64,000 nt of DNA from an uncultured Verrucomicrobiae bacterium (lineage in GTDB: Bacteria > Verrucomicrobiota > Verrucomicrobiia > Opitutales > JABDGR01), in NCBI GenBank assembly GCA_963765205.1, contig CAVXVB010000009.1, forward strand, positions 960,001-1,024,000. The letters are read 5' to 3'. Made by a program: the position numbers and the translations under genes. Under the pieces are notes generated by a model. That model was given only the letters and a program-made list of their open reading frames with translations. It had not been told where the DNA came from and ran no database searches. Positions 22,155 to 31,998 of the stretch are shown piece after piece (the first letter of the stretch is position 1; every line of letters begins with the position of its first letter).

Positions 22155-23378
22155 CACACCTATCTCGGCGTGGCCGTCGTCCGGTGTATGTCACCGGCCT
22201 TGGCCTGATCAGCGCCGCCGGCGCGGATGTCGGAGCTGCGTGGACACAAATCGCGAGGGGCCGGCCCGTGGTAAAGCCGGTCCAGCGATTTGATATCCGT
22301 GGTTGTGAATGTCGCGTGGCGGCGCAGGTGGACGACAAGGACTCCTGCAGGCACCTCCGCGGGTGCGCTGGCCGCGTTTTGTGCGGCTGGGACACACCGC
22401 GTTTGACGCGGCCCTGATCCAGGCGGGATTGCGCGGCGCGGACAATCGCTGTCTTGACCGGGCGTTGCCCTTGTGGTGCAGCACCACCGGTGGCGGCACC
22501 GAATACGGCGAAACGTGTGTCGTCAACGCCCGCGCCGGCCAGCGGGGCGGCATCATCGCGGCATCCATGCGCTATCAAGCCCGGTATCTGCCGCATGCGC
22601 TCCAGGAAACTTACGGCCTGCGCGGCGCGGCGGTCACGTTGAGCAATGCTTGCGCCAGCGGGGCGGATTTGATCGGCACCGCCGCCAACCTCATTGCTGC
22701 GGGACGCGTGGAACGCATCGCAGCCGGTGGGGCGGAATCACTCAGCACGCTGCTCTTTCACGGATTTTCCTGCCTGCGCGCGCTCAGCCCAACGACGTGC
22801 CGACCATTTTCACTTTCGCGCGACGGATTGTGGCTTGGGGAAGGCGCGGCCTTTGTGATTCTGGAAAGCGAAGCCGAAGTCATCCGGCGCAAAGTCACTC
22901 CCCTTGCCCAGCTGGCCGGTTACGGACAGGCCACCGATTTGCACCATATTGCGCATCCCCATCCACAGGGGAGTGCGCTGAAGCAGGCGCTGAAGCAGGC
23001 GCTCGCCGAAGCAGGCGTGGCACCGGAAGAAGTCGCCTATATCAATACCCACGGCACCGCGACCCCGGCCAATGACGAATCCGAGGGCCATGCCTATGAG
23101 AGCGTGTTCGGCGGTCATTTGCCGCGCGTGGCCATCAGCTCGATCAAAAACATCACGGGTCATACGCTGGGTGCAGCGGGAACGATTGAGGCCGCGCTGA
23201 CGATTGAGGCCCTGCGCCGCACCGCGCCGCTGCCAGCCGCGCTGCTGACTGATCCCATACCCAACCTGGCGGCAAGCCTGGCCCGTCCCGCGAAATTCGC
23301 GCCCAGGGCCGGGCCTTTGTCTCCACCAACTCCGGCTTTGGCGGCGCGAATGCCGCGCTGGTTTTTCTACCCGCCTGA
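22145..23378 (+). CDS. Beta-ketoacyl-ACP synthase (FabF/type II PKS KS), with two apparent frameshifts
   Basis: VYVTGLGLISA; SNACASG (Cys), INTHGTAT (His), GHTLGAAG (His); terminal STNSGFGGANAALVF in a third frame. Confidence 0.88.
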
Positions 23379-23380
23379 TT

Positions 23381-24412
23381 ATGCAATTTAATTTCAACAT
23401 CGCCGGCCTGGGCGCGGTCAGCCCGGCGGGCCAGGGCCTCGAGCGCCTGCTCGATGGCACCGTCCCGCGCCGGCAAAATTGGCCGGTCCTGGCGCCGTCC
23501 GCGCCGACGGTGGCGGCGGGTTGCGTGGACCTCACGCTGCCTTGTTGGGCGCGCTGGCGCCTGCACCCGCGCTTGCGCCGCGCCGGGGCTCAGACGCTTT
23601 TTCTGATCGAGGCGGTGGATGAAGCGATACGCCGGGCAAATTTACCGGCGGGCGCCACGATCGGCCTGTCAGTCGCGTTTGGCAATGGCGTGCTGACGCT
23701 GACGCGCAAATTTTACGAAGGAGTGGTGCGCGCGGGGCTGGATGGCGCCAATCCCGCGTGGTTTCCGGAGACGGTTTTCAATGCGCCACTGAATCACACG
23801 CTCGGCGCGTTGGGCCGCGAAGGTCCGTCGTCGGCCTGGGTCGGCGATGCCACCGCGCTGGCGCAAGCCTGGGTCAACGCCGGGCTTTGGCTGGAACAAG
23901 GCACCGTGGATGCGGTGGTGGTAGCCGCCGCGGAAGAGGTGGACGAAGCCATGATGGAGGTTTCCTTGCGCGCCGGATGGTTTCACCCGGCGAGTAAAGT
24001 TTTTCCGGCGGAAGGCGCGGTGGCGTTTGCGCTCACGCGTGACGGCCCTGCGCAAACCCAGGGGAATCTTCAAATCCATGCAGGACTTCCCTGGGGACGC
24101 CAGACCACCGCACCCGCCGCGCTCATCGAAGTTTTGGGGGACTTTGATCCAGCGTGGCCGATGTGTGCCGGCCCCTTGCCGCCGCCTGGTCCGGCCCGAG
24201 AGGCTTGGAAACAACGGCCCGCCCGCCCGGAATGGCCGGCCCCATGGCCCTATCTCGGCGAAGCGCATTCTGTCGCAGCGGGGTGGACCTTGGCCCGCAT
24301 TCTGGCCAGCGCGCCCAAGGAAAAGTTTGCGGTCGTGCTACCCTTGTGGGGGGCCGGCCATCAAGTCGCGGCGGTGGGTTGGGAGTCATTACAACCTTGC
24401 GTTACCCGGTAA
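23381..24412 (+). CDS. KS-like chain-length factor (no catalytic Cys)
   Basis: IAGLGAVSPAG, RLRR, PAWFPETVFNAP and EGAVAF; lacks the Cys-His-His triad. Confidence 0.75.
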   Translation: MQFNFNIAGLGAVSPAGQGLERLLDGTVPRRQNWPVLAPSAPTVAAGCVDLTLPCWARWRLHPRLRRAGAQTLFLIEAVDEAIRRANLPAGATIGLSVAFGNGVLTLTRKFYEGVVRAGLDGANPAWFPETVFNAPLNHTLGALGREGPSSAWVGDATALAQAWVNAGLWLEQGTVDAVVVAAAEEVDEAMMEVSLRAGWFHPASKVFPAEGAVAFALTRDGPAQTQGNLQIHAGLPWGRQTTAPAALIEVLGDFDPAWPMCAGPLPPPGPAREAWKQRPARPEWPAPWPYLGEAHSVAAGWTLARILASAPKEKFAVVLPLWGAGHQVAAVGWESLQPCVTR

Positions 24413-24434
24413 TAAGTAAGTTAGTAGTCAGGTT

Positions 24435-24695
24435 ATGGCAAAAAATCAGGCGACCCTCGATGATTTGCGGGTTATCCTGGTCGAAAACACCCTGCTCCGC
24501 GTCGAACCACAAAGTATCGGCGCCGACCAATTGCTCTTCGGCCCGGACGGCTTGGGGCTGGATTCCATTGACGCCTTGCAGCTCGCCGTGGCCGTGGAAC
24601 GGCGTTACGGCGTGACGCTGAAGAATCCGGCTTTGGTGCGGCGGGTCCTCGTCTCGCTCGGGGATTTGCAAACTTGGATCAATGAGCAATCGTAG
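24435..24695 (+). CDS. Acyl carrier protein
   Basis: LFGPDGLGLDSIDALQL phosphopantetheine motif; 86 aa. Confidence 0.92.
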   Translation: MAKNQATLDDLRVILVENTLLRVEPQSIGADQLLFGPDGLGLDSIDALQLAVAVERRYGVTLKNPALVRRVLVSLGDLQTWINEQS

Positions 24696-24722
24696 CCCGG
24701 CGATTTGCAACCCGTTCCAGCC

Positions 24723-26819
24723 ATGCACAACCGGGTAATCCATTTTGTCCGGCGAGGGGTCCTGGTGGCGGCGGGTCTGGGCCTCGCCGCGTGGGTCTTA
24801 CTTACCCTGCGCTGGCAAGGCGACTTGATTGATTTGTTCCCCGCCGACCTGCCCGCCGTGCGCGACTTGCGCGCATGGCAGGCGCGGGGCAGCGAGGACT
24901 TCAGCCTGCTCGGCGTGGTGGTGGATCCTGGAGCGGAAGACGCCGGGCAACTCGCCACGCGCCTCGCGAGCGTCGCGGAGGCGCTCGCTGCCTCGCCACT
25001 CGTGGCCAAGGCGGACGTCCTGACCGACCCTTCCAAGCTCGCACCCGAAGGTTGGGCGGCGGTCTTTATCGGATTGCCCCCGGATAGATTTGCGCAATTT
25101 GCTAAGGCGACGAACGAAGCCGAAGTTCGCACACAATTGCAGGCCGCGCGGGGCGCGTTGAGCGGCTGGCCGGATCCGGCCGTCTGGGCCCGCATTCATT
25201 ATGATCCGCTGGGGCTGGCGGATTGGGTGGTGTCACCAGCCCCAGCGGGATTGAACGGGGCGCCTTCCACCGTGCCGAATCCCATTCTGCGGATCGAACC
25301 GAAAGCCCGCGCCAACACACTCGCCACGGCGGAACCGCTGGTGACGGCGGTGCGTGCAGCACTGGCCGCCAACGGATTTGCACCAGGCAGCATCGCCTTG
25401 ACGGGTGAAGCGGCTTACGCCACCGAAATTGGCCTGCAGATGCGTCGCGAAATGATTGGCATGACGCTCAGTTCGGGGGCGCTGATCGCTTTGGTTTTTC
25501 TCATCGCGTATCGTTCGTGGTTTCCGTTGGTGGCTCTGTTCGCACTGCAAGCAGCCGGCTTGCTCGCCGGTCTGTTGGCGGCGCGAATTATCTGGGGCAG
25601 CATCAATCTGCTGAGCGTGGCCTTTGCCTCGGTGGCGCTGGGACTGTGTTCCGACTATGGCGCAGTCGTGTATCATCATTTTGCGAGCGGTGGACGCAAG
25701 GAGGGCGAAACCTGGCGCACCCTGCGGCGCAGTTTAATTTTTTGCGTGCTCACGACTGCGGTCGGCTTGGGCGGCCTGGCGGCGAGCGCCCTGCCGGGAT
25801 TGCGGCAGTTTGCGGTGCTCATCAATGTCTGTTTGATCGTGGTGGCCGCGCTGGCGATTGGACCTTGGGCCAGTTGGGTGGAGCACCACCTGGGCGCGCA
25901 GATAACTCCTCCAGCTGAGATAACCGAGCCGGAGCAACCCGCGCCAGTTTGGCTGCGGCGATGCGGTTGGCTTTTTCTCATCGGCGGCTGGCTCTTGCTG
26001 GGTTGGAGCGCATGGCATCGTGAAAGCATTTATGACTTTTCCTGGTCGCGGATGTCCCCGCCGGGACTCGAAGCCCAACACGGGCAGGACATTCTCGCCG
26101 CATACCTGCCCGTGAAATTCATTGCTGGCGACGAAAGCGCATGGGCGGCCAATCGCCAGATCTGGGCGGCTCGTGCACCGTTTGAACTCGGGCCGGTTTT
26201 CACCGCGGAAGGATTTCAGCCGAATTTGGCCGAACCCTACCAAAATCTTTTTCATTCGCTGGATGGCTGGAGCCACGGCGACCCGGCCCTGGAAATCTGG
26301 TCGCGCGGCTCCACCGCCTTCGCCCGCTTGCAGGCCACCCTGCCCGCGTTGATCAAAAACAATCTGCTCACGACCTCGGCGTGGGCCATGATCATTATTT
26401 TGGCGTTACTGGCGTGGGGACTGGGCTCGATGGCGCATTTGTTGCGAACCCTGCTGGCCATGGCGGCGGGCGTGGGCTGGTGGCTGGCGGGTTTGGTCGT
26501 GGTGCATGAACCACTTTCGCTGGCCGCCTTCGCCAGTCTGCCCATCTTGTTTGGCCTGGGGGAAGATTTTTGCATTTTCATCATGCTTTTCATCCGGCAG
26601 GAGGGACAGCGCTGGGGGACGGCCCGCCAGCGTTTGGGCCAACCCCTCGCGCTCGTGGCGATAATCACCATCATCGGCTTTGGCACAAGCGGTTTCAGCG
26701 CGCAGCCAGCGCTGCGCAATTTCGGGGTCGTATTGGCGCTGGGGATTTTAAGTTCCTTTTTAGCCGCGGCGCTGGGGCTGCCGGCGTTGCTCGCCAATAT
26801 GAAGCCCAAGAGTAAGTAA
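24723..26819 (+). CDS. MMPL/RND-family exporter
   Basis: Two TM bundles with LGLCSDYG and GLGEDF motifs, PGLRQFA and PALRNFG. Confidence 0.8.
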   Translation: MHNRVIHFVRRGVLVAAGLGLAAWVLLTLRWQGDLIDLFPADLPAVRDLRAWQARGSEDFSLLGVVVDPGAEDAGQLATRLASVAEALAASPLVAKADVLTDPSKLAPEGWAAVFIGLPPDRFAQFAKATNEAEVRTQLQAARGALSGWPDPAVWARIHYDPLGLADWVVSPAPAGLNGAPSTVPNPILRIEPKARANTLATAEPLVTAVRAALAANGFAPGSIALTGEAAYATEIGLQMRREMIGMTLSSGALIALVFLIAYRSWFPLVALFALQAAGLLAGLLAARIIWGSINLLSVAFASVALGLCSDYGAVVYHHFASGGRKEGETWRTLRRSLIFCVLTTAVGLGGLAASALPGLRQFAVLINVCLIVVAALAIGPWASWVEHHLGAQITPPAEITEPEQPAPVWLRRCGWLFLIGGWLLLGWSAWHRESIYDFSWSRMSPPGLEAQHGQDILAAYLPVKFIAGDESAWAANRQIWAARAPFELGPVFTAEGFQPNLAEPYQNLFHSLDGWSHGDPALEIWSRGSTAFARLQATLPALIKNNLLTTSAWAMIIILALLAWGLGSMAHLLRTLLAMAAGVGWWLAGLVVVHEPLSLAAFASLPILFGLGEDFCIFIMLFIRQEGQRWGTARQRLGQPLALVAIITIIGFGTSGFSAQPALRNFGVVLALGILSSFLAAALGLPALLANMKPKSK

Positions 26820-26853
26820 TTGCGTTCCACGCCACCGGAGTCAAAATCATCCC

Positions 26854-27528
26854 ATGTTTCCGGTTGTATTTATCGCATTGTATACTCTCGCCGCGACGGC
26901 GCCGGAACCTGCGGTGCAGGCCACCCCGGTCTCGGATGCCGAACTGGCCGCGTTTCAAAAAAACTACGCGGATCATCGCCTCAACACCGCCGGCTGGAGC
27001 GGCAATTTTCACCAGGAAGCGCACAGTCCGGACTTACTTACGCCGATTACGAGCGAGGGCAACCTTACCTACCGTGCGCCAGCGTCGCTGGAAATGAGCT
27101 ACACCACGCCGCTCGTCGGCCAGGTTTGGATTCAAAAAGACGCGGTGGGCCAAAAATTTTCCGGTCGGTCACCCCAAGTGGCGGCGGCCCCCATGGTGCG
27201 CTCCTTGCTGGAGTTCTTTCGCCAACCACCCGCAGCCTGGGAAAAAGACTTCACGCAAACGGCGCAACGCGACCACGATGTCATGCGCATTCAACTGAGG
27301 GTAAAACCCAACACTGTTGCAGGCCAGCCCAGCCGGATTTTGGTCGAAGTCAATGCGCTCACCTTCGACCCGCTACGACTCGAGCTTGTTTTCGCTGAAA
27401 AAACGTCGCTGGTCTTTATCTTTTCCGATTGGATATCACTGGGGCCTGCCTCCGCAATCCCACTCGAACCACCTGCCCATGAACCAACCGCTCCTGCCCC
27501 ATGGCCCGGGGTTTCGCCTCGTAGATAA
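26854..27528 (+). CDS. LolA-like periplasmic carrier protein
   Basis: Signal peptide; GNFHQE...LLTPITSEGNLTYRAP..L...Y..P. Confidence 0.75.
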   Translation: MFPVVFIALYTLAATAPEPAVQATPVSDAELAAFQKNYADHRLNTAGWSGNFHQEAHSPDLLTPITSEGNLTYRAPASLEMSYTTPLVGQVWIQKDAVGQKFSGRSPQVAAAPMVRSLLEFFRQPPAAWEKDFTQTAQRDHDVMRIQLRVKPNTVAGQPSRILVEVNALTFDPLRLELVFAEKTSLVFIFSDWISLGPASAIPLEPPAHEPTAPAPWPGVSPRR

Positions 27529-27907
27529 AATCTCCGCGCCCGAGGCCGGCCCTTTGCTGCGCGGCAAGGTGTGGCTGAATCCGGACTGGCCGATTTTTCG
27601 CGACCATTTTCCGGAGCGGCCATTGTTGCCGGCCGTTTACTTCGTGGAAATGGGCGCGCAAACGGCCGGTGCGCTATGGGCGGCCCACACCGGATTTTCG
27701 CCGGCGACGCCTTTGCAATTGGTGGAAATCAAAAAATTTCGCGTCCGGCAGCCCGCATTTCCCGGCCAAAATCTGCAAATTGTCGTCCGCCTCGCCACCG
27801 AGTGGCCGGAACTGGCCACGTTTCAGGTCCAGATTTTTCGCGATGAAATCCTGCTGGCTGAAGGCGAAATGGTCATGGCCCATGCCAAGCCGGCCACCCA
27901 AGTCTGA
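27479..27907 (+). CDS. 3-hydroxyacyl-ACP dehydratase (FabZ-like)
   Basis: LLPHGPGFRLVDKI and FRDHFPERPLLPAVYFVEMGAQ. Confidence 0.88.
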   Translation: MNQPLLPHGPGFRLVDKISAPEAGPLLRGKVWLNPDWPIFRDHFPERPLLPAVYFVEMGAQTAGALWAAHTGFSPATPLQLVEIKKFRVRQPAFPGQNLQIVVRLATEWPELATFQVQIFRDEILLAEGEMVMAHAKPATQV

Positions 27908-27910
27908 CCC

Positions 27911-29239
27911 TCACACCCCAAGTTGGCCGGCCAGGGCGCGGGTGTCTACTTTGCCACGGGCGGTGCGCGGGAATTGGGCCAGCACGAGCCACGCCCGGGG
28001 TTGCTTCCACGTTGGCAGGCGGGTGGTCAGTGCGTGGGTTAATTCACACACGGGCGCGGAAGTTTCCACGGCGGCGGCGAGAAAATCACGGCCCACCCGC
28101 ACGCCCACGCCGCACCAGGCATCGGTCACCCCGGGCAAGGTGCGCAGGAGGGATTCAATTTCCGCCGGGACGACTTTGCGACCGGCCAGGTTGGCGTGCC
28201 GTCCCACCCTTCCCGTCAGGACCAGCTCGCCGTCCTCATTCCAGCGTCCGCAATCCGGCAACCGATACAACCCATTTGGGGTGGCGACGGCGGTGCTGCG
28301 CACCTGCACCCGACCCGCGCACAATTTTATCCGCACGCCGGGCAAGGGCCGCCCAACGCTGTGGCCGGCGAGTGAAGCACGCCCGGTGCGGTCATAGCCA
28401 ATACCGCCCGTTTCAGAAGCACCGTAGAAATTGTGAATCTTGCGGCCGAAGCGGCGCGAGAAGGCCTGCGCGACCGCGGGAGAAAGCGGCGCGCCGGCGG
28501 AAATGGCGAGGCGCAGTTTACCGAGGCGGTGAGCACCCGCAGTTTCGGCGAGCACCTTGAAGACGGCAGGCACCGAGGGAAACACGGTCGGGTGGTAACG
28601 TTGGGCCCATTCGGCAATTTGCGCGATGGTATACGCGGCGGCGGTGACAATCGGAATGCCATCCACCACCAACGGCAGCACCAAGTTGCCCAATCCATAC
28701 GAATGGCCGAAGGGAATCAGGCCGAGATTTTTATCGCGCAGCCGCAGCCCCATGCCCGCGCGAATGTGTTGGTAATCGGCGAGGAGATGCCGCGCCGCGC
28801 ACGGAACCGCCGCGGCCTGGCCCGTGAAGCCCGAGGTTGCTTTTACGACGGCGGCACCCCGCCAGCGGCGCGTGGCCGGATCCAGCGGCGAAAGGGTTTG
28901 CCCATTCCACCAATGCGTGGCGCCCAGTTGCCCGGCCAACTCCCTTCCCTGCCGCTCAGTAAAACCAGGATCCAAGGGCAGCGCCGCCCAGTTTGCCTTC
29001 TGCGCGGCCAAAAAAACCGCCAGCCAGTCCAACCCATTCGGCAACACCCACGCCACACAGCCGCTGGTTCCCGCAAAACGGCCGGAATGAAACACGGTTT
29101 CTGCGGCAGACGTAATTTCCCCAGCGCGGAAGGCGCGGCCAGCCGGAGCATCGACGAGCAAGCCCGCCCGGGGCCGGCGTACGGCCGTTCGCTGCCACCG
29201 CCGCCATAATTCGCCACCGTGATTGTTGGGCATTCCCAT
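27911..29239 (-). CDS. Adenylate-forming enzyme (acyl-CoA/acyl-ACP ligase)
   Basis: ATSGFTG, PFGHSYGLG, SAGAPL, NFYGASETGG, LTGR and C-terminal PRTARGKVD. Confidence 0.88.
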   Translation of the reverse strand: MGMPNNHGGELWRRWQRTAVRRPRAGLLVDAPAGRAFRAGEITSAAETVFHSGRFAGTSGCVAWVLPNGLDWLAVFLAAQKANWAALPLDPGFTERQGRELAGQLGATHWWNGQTLSPLDPATRRWRGAAVVKATSGFTGQAAAVPCAARHLLADYQHIRAGMGLRLRDKNLGLIPFGHSYGLGNLVLPLVVDGIPIVTAAAYTIAQIAEWAQRYHPTVFPSVPAVFKVLAETAGAHRLGKLRLAISAGAPLSPAVAQAFSRRFGRKIHNFYGASETGGIGYDRTGRASLAGHSVGRPLPGVRIKLCAGRVQVRSTAVATPNGLYRLPDCGRWNEDGELVLTGRVGRHANLAGRKVVPAEIESLLRTLPGVTDAWCGVGVRVGRDFLAAAVETSAPVCELTHALTTRLPTWKQPRAWLVLAQFPRTARGKVDTRALAGQLGV

Positions 29240-29253
29240 ATGATTAATGGAAA

Positions 29254-29964
29254 TTAAATTCTGGTCGCGGTATACTCGCTCATGCAACCGTATTGCAACC
29301 GGTGCCGGCCCGCGGCGAAACCTGCGTGAGCAAGGGCGGCGAGCACCGCGGCGGGCGGGCGGGCGGCGGCCATGGTGCGCCAATAATAGCGGTAGAGCCG
29401 CCAGGCGCTGAGCCGCCCGGTGAACACCAAGCCCAGGGCTGGCAGCCCACCGCCAAAATAACCGTCGAAAACCAGCCGCCCGCCACGGCTCGCGGGGCGC
29501 GTGATTTCCAGCAACACCAGGCGGCCGCCGGGGCGCAACACGCGCGCGAATTCGCGGAAGGCGCGGTTCCAGTCCGGCACATGCCGCAACGCGTAACCCA
29601 TCATGACGAAATCAAACGCGGCGGCGGCCACCGGCAACGCTTCCGCAATCCCTTCGTGAAATTCCATCGGCAGTTTCGTCCGAGCCCGGGCGGACATGCC
29701 GGGGCTGGGGTCCACGCCCACGAGCGTCACCTGCCCGTGCGTCAACCGCAGGGCGGCGAGACTCATCAGGCCGGTGCCGCAGGCGACATCAAGCACTTGC
29801 GCGCCCGGTTGCAAGCCAGCGCGGCCCAGCGCCTCCTGCCGGTAGCGCAAACCGCGCCCGCCGGAGCCGAGGGCGTCGACGCGGTCATAGATTCCGGCGC
29901 TGTCATCAAACAATTGCCGCAGTTGGGCCGCGTCCAGCGCAGGCGACGTAAGCTCCGTATTCAT
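29254..29964 (-). CDS. SAM-dependent methyltransferase (UbiE/MenG-like)
   Basis: FD..A..YDR, VLDVACGTG, GYALRHV and RVLRPGGRLVLLEI. Confidence 0.88.
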   Translation of the reverse strand: MNTELTSPALDAAQLRQLFDDSAGIYDRVDALGSGGRGLRYRQEALGRAGLQPGAQVLDVACGTGLMSLAALRLTHGQVTLVGVDPSPGMSARARTKLPMEFHEGIAEALPVAAAAFDFVMMGYALRHVPDWNRAFREFARVLRPGGRLVLLEITRPASRGGRLVFDGYFGGGLPALGLVFTGRLSAWRLYRYYWRTMAAARPPAAVLAALAHAGFAAGRHRLQYGCMSEYTATRI

Positions 29965-31226
29965 GGGGCCACCTCCTGGCTGGGCCGATGGCGCATAAAA
30001 CGGTTGAGGGAGCAAGCCAGGAGAAAAATCTGAAAGCGCCAACGCGCGCTCCAGGGCAAGCTATGATGACCGGCCATGACGGCGTTAACCGCTGGAAAAA
30101 CTTTCAAGCGATTGGTGGGCTGCATGAAAATCTCAAAGCTCGCCGGGTCGTAAAATGACTCCACCAACTGACGCACCGTCCGGATGCGATTCTTCATGTA
30201 ATGGGTGAAGCGGGCCTGCTCCCGGCGATTAAAGGGACGGCCCGTGCGCTTCAGGCGCAGCAGAGTTTCTACAGCGCGGCTGGCCGAGGCGCAGGCCAGA
30301 CTGACGCCGGTGGAAAAGGTTGGGTCAATGAAGCTGGCGGCGTCGCCAATCATAAACAGCCGCTCATCCGCAAAACGAGCATGGCAGTAGCAATAATCCG
30401 CGGTGACGCGATACTGGTCCACGGGCGAGGCTTTTTCCAGCAGTTCCGGAAGCAGTTTGGCCTCACGGACTCTGCGCCAAAAAACTTCCTCCGGGTTGCG
30501 CAATTGCCCGCCGCCGGCTTCGTCCAGCAGCATGACCAATCCCACCGAAGTTTTGCCGCCGGCCAGCGGGATAACCCAAAACCAGCCGCCCGGCAGACTG
30601 AAAATGTGGATGTTGCCCCCGCGGCGGTCAGTTCGACGCTGCACCCCGGCAAAGTGGTTATAGATGGCGATGCGCTTGGGATAATTCAACTCGTCGCGCG
30701 GCATTGACAAAATCCGCCCCATCACCGCATCCCGCCCGCTGGCATCCAAAATATAATCGGCCGTGACGCCGCCGGCGGCAGCACCCGCCAGTTCGACGCG
30801 CCAGGCGTTTTTTTCGCGGCGGGCGGTGGTCACGCTGGTCTCCATCCGCACTTCGCAGCCACACGAACTGGCGTGATCCAACAATACCTGGTCAAAAATT
30901 GCCCGCTCCACCTGGAAGGTCATGGGCGGCCCGCCAAAGAAGCCGTTGGCAAAGATGATATGGATGCCGTGGCCGGTCCGGCCGTCATAAAACTCGGCCC
31001 CGTATTTTTCGACAAAACCGGCCGCGCATACTTTTTCCCAAGCCCCTATTTTCTGCAGATACTGGTTGCCCGCGGGCAACAGTGATTCGCCGATGCGAAA
31101 ACGCGGAAATTTTTCCTTTTCCACCACCAGCACTTTTTCGCCCGCCCGCGCCAGGCCCGCGCCGGCGCAACTGCCCGCCGGGCCGGCCCCGATTACAATA
31201 GCGTGGTAGTGCATAATGTTCCACAT
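29961..31226 (-). CDS. Flavin-dependent halogenase-family FAD oxidoreductase
   Basis: GAGPAG, FPRFRIGESLLP, FVEKYGA (Lys), GWFWVIPL (WxWxIP) and GDAASFIDPTFSTGV. Confidence 0.8.
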   Translation of the reverse strand: MWNIMHYHAIVIGAGPAGSCAGAGLARAGEKVLVVEKEKFPRFRIGESLLPAGNQYLQKIGAWEKVCAAGFVEKYGAEFYDGRTGHGIHIIFANGFFGGPPMTFQVERAIFDQVLLDHASSCGCEVRMETSVTTARREKNAWRVELAGAAAGGVTADYILDASGRDAVMGRILSMPRDELNYPKRIAIYNHFAGVQRRTDRRGGNIHIFSLPGGWFWVIPLAGGKTSVGLVMLLDEAGGGQLRNPEEVFWRRVREAKLLPELLEKASPVDQYRVTADYCYCHARFADERLFMIGDAASFIDPTFSTGVSLACASASRAVETLLRLKRTGRPFNRREQARFTHYMKNRIRTVRQLVESFYDPASFEIFMQPTNRLKVFPAVNAVMAGHHSLPWSARWRFQIFLLACSLNRFMRHRPSQEVAP

Positions 31227-31410
31227 GTTTTAGGCAGGCATTCATTGCGTTGGCAAATTAATTGCCCCCTGCCGGGCAGCAAACCGACCCGTGTTGCGGA
31301 CAGTCCAAGAGGAAAACCCGGAAAAACAAAGTAGGGTAACACCCCATGCGGCCAGATTGGGCAAGCCTTGTGAGATTAACCGGACCTTGATATTTTTTAA
31401 AGTCGCCCGT

Positions 31411-31998
31411 ATGAATTTTCTTTGCCAAAGCCCCCAGCCGCCGCTTACGCTGGCTTTGCCGTGGTGGACGGCCATCCTGCCCTGGCTGGTATTTGGGGTC
31501 GTTCAGCAATGGTCTGCGCTTTGGGCGGCGCCGCTGGCTTTGACGTTTTTTGTGCTGTTGTATTGGCGGGCACGGCTGGCCCTGCCTCCGCTGGATGCCG
31601 GCATCGCGCTTTATTTTTTGCTTTACAGTATCATTGGCTTCACCGGGCTGACGCAGAAATTGCCTCCGCCGGTTCTCTTTGCCCTGTGCCCCGCCATACT
31701 GGCCCTGACAGCGATCCTTTCAATAGTCACGGGCCGGCCCTTTACCCTCGCCTATGCCCGTCGCTATGCGCCGGAACACATCCGGGAGCGGCATTCATTT
31801 TTTCAGGCCAATCAAATCATCACCCTGCTGTGGGTGGGGGGCTTTGCGACCGCAGCCCTCGCCATCGGCACTTTGCCCGCCCAAGGGAACCCGACCCGCG
31901 CGGCCTTGATTTTAATCTCCGTGATGGGTGCGACTGTGGCGGCCTCAATCATTGTCGGCCGCTGGCTCCACGTTCGCCTATCCCGGGTTGCCTCATGA
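31411..31998 (+). CDS. Integral membrane protein
   Basis: About 6 hydrophobic segments and GRPFTLAYAR motif; its stop overlaps the radical SAM start. Confidence 0.7.
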   Translation: MNFLCQSPQPPLTLALPWWTAILPWLVFGVVQQWSALWAAPLALTFFVLLYWRARLALPPLDAGIALYFLLYSIIGFTGLTQKLPPPVLFALCPAILALTAILSIVTGRPFTLAYARRYAPEHIRERHSFFQANQIITLLWVGGFATAALAIGTLPAQGNPTRAALILISVMGATVAASIIVGRWLHVRLSRVAS

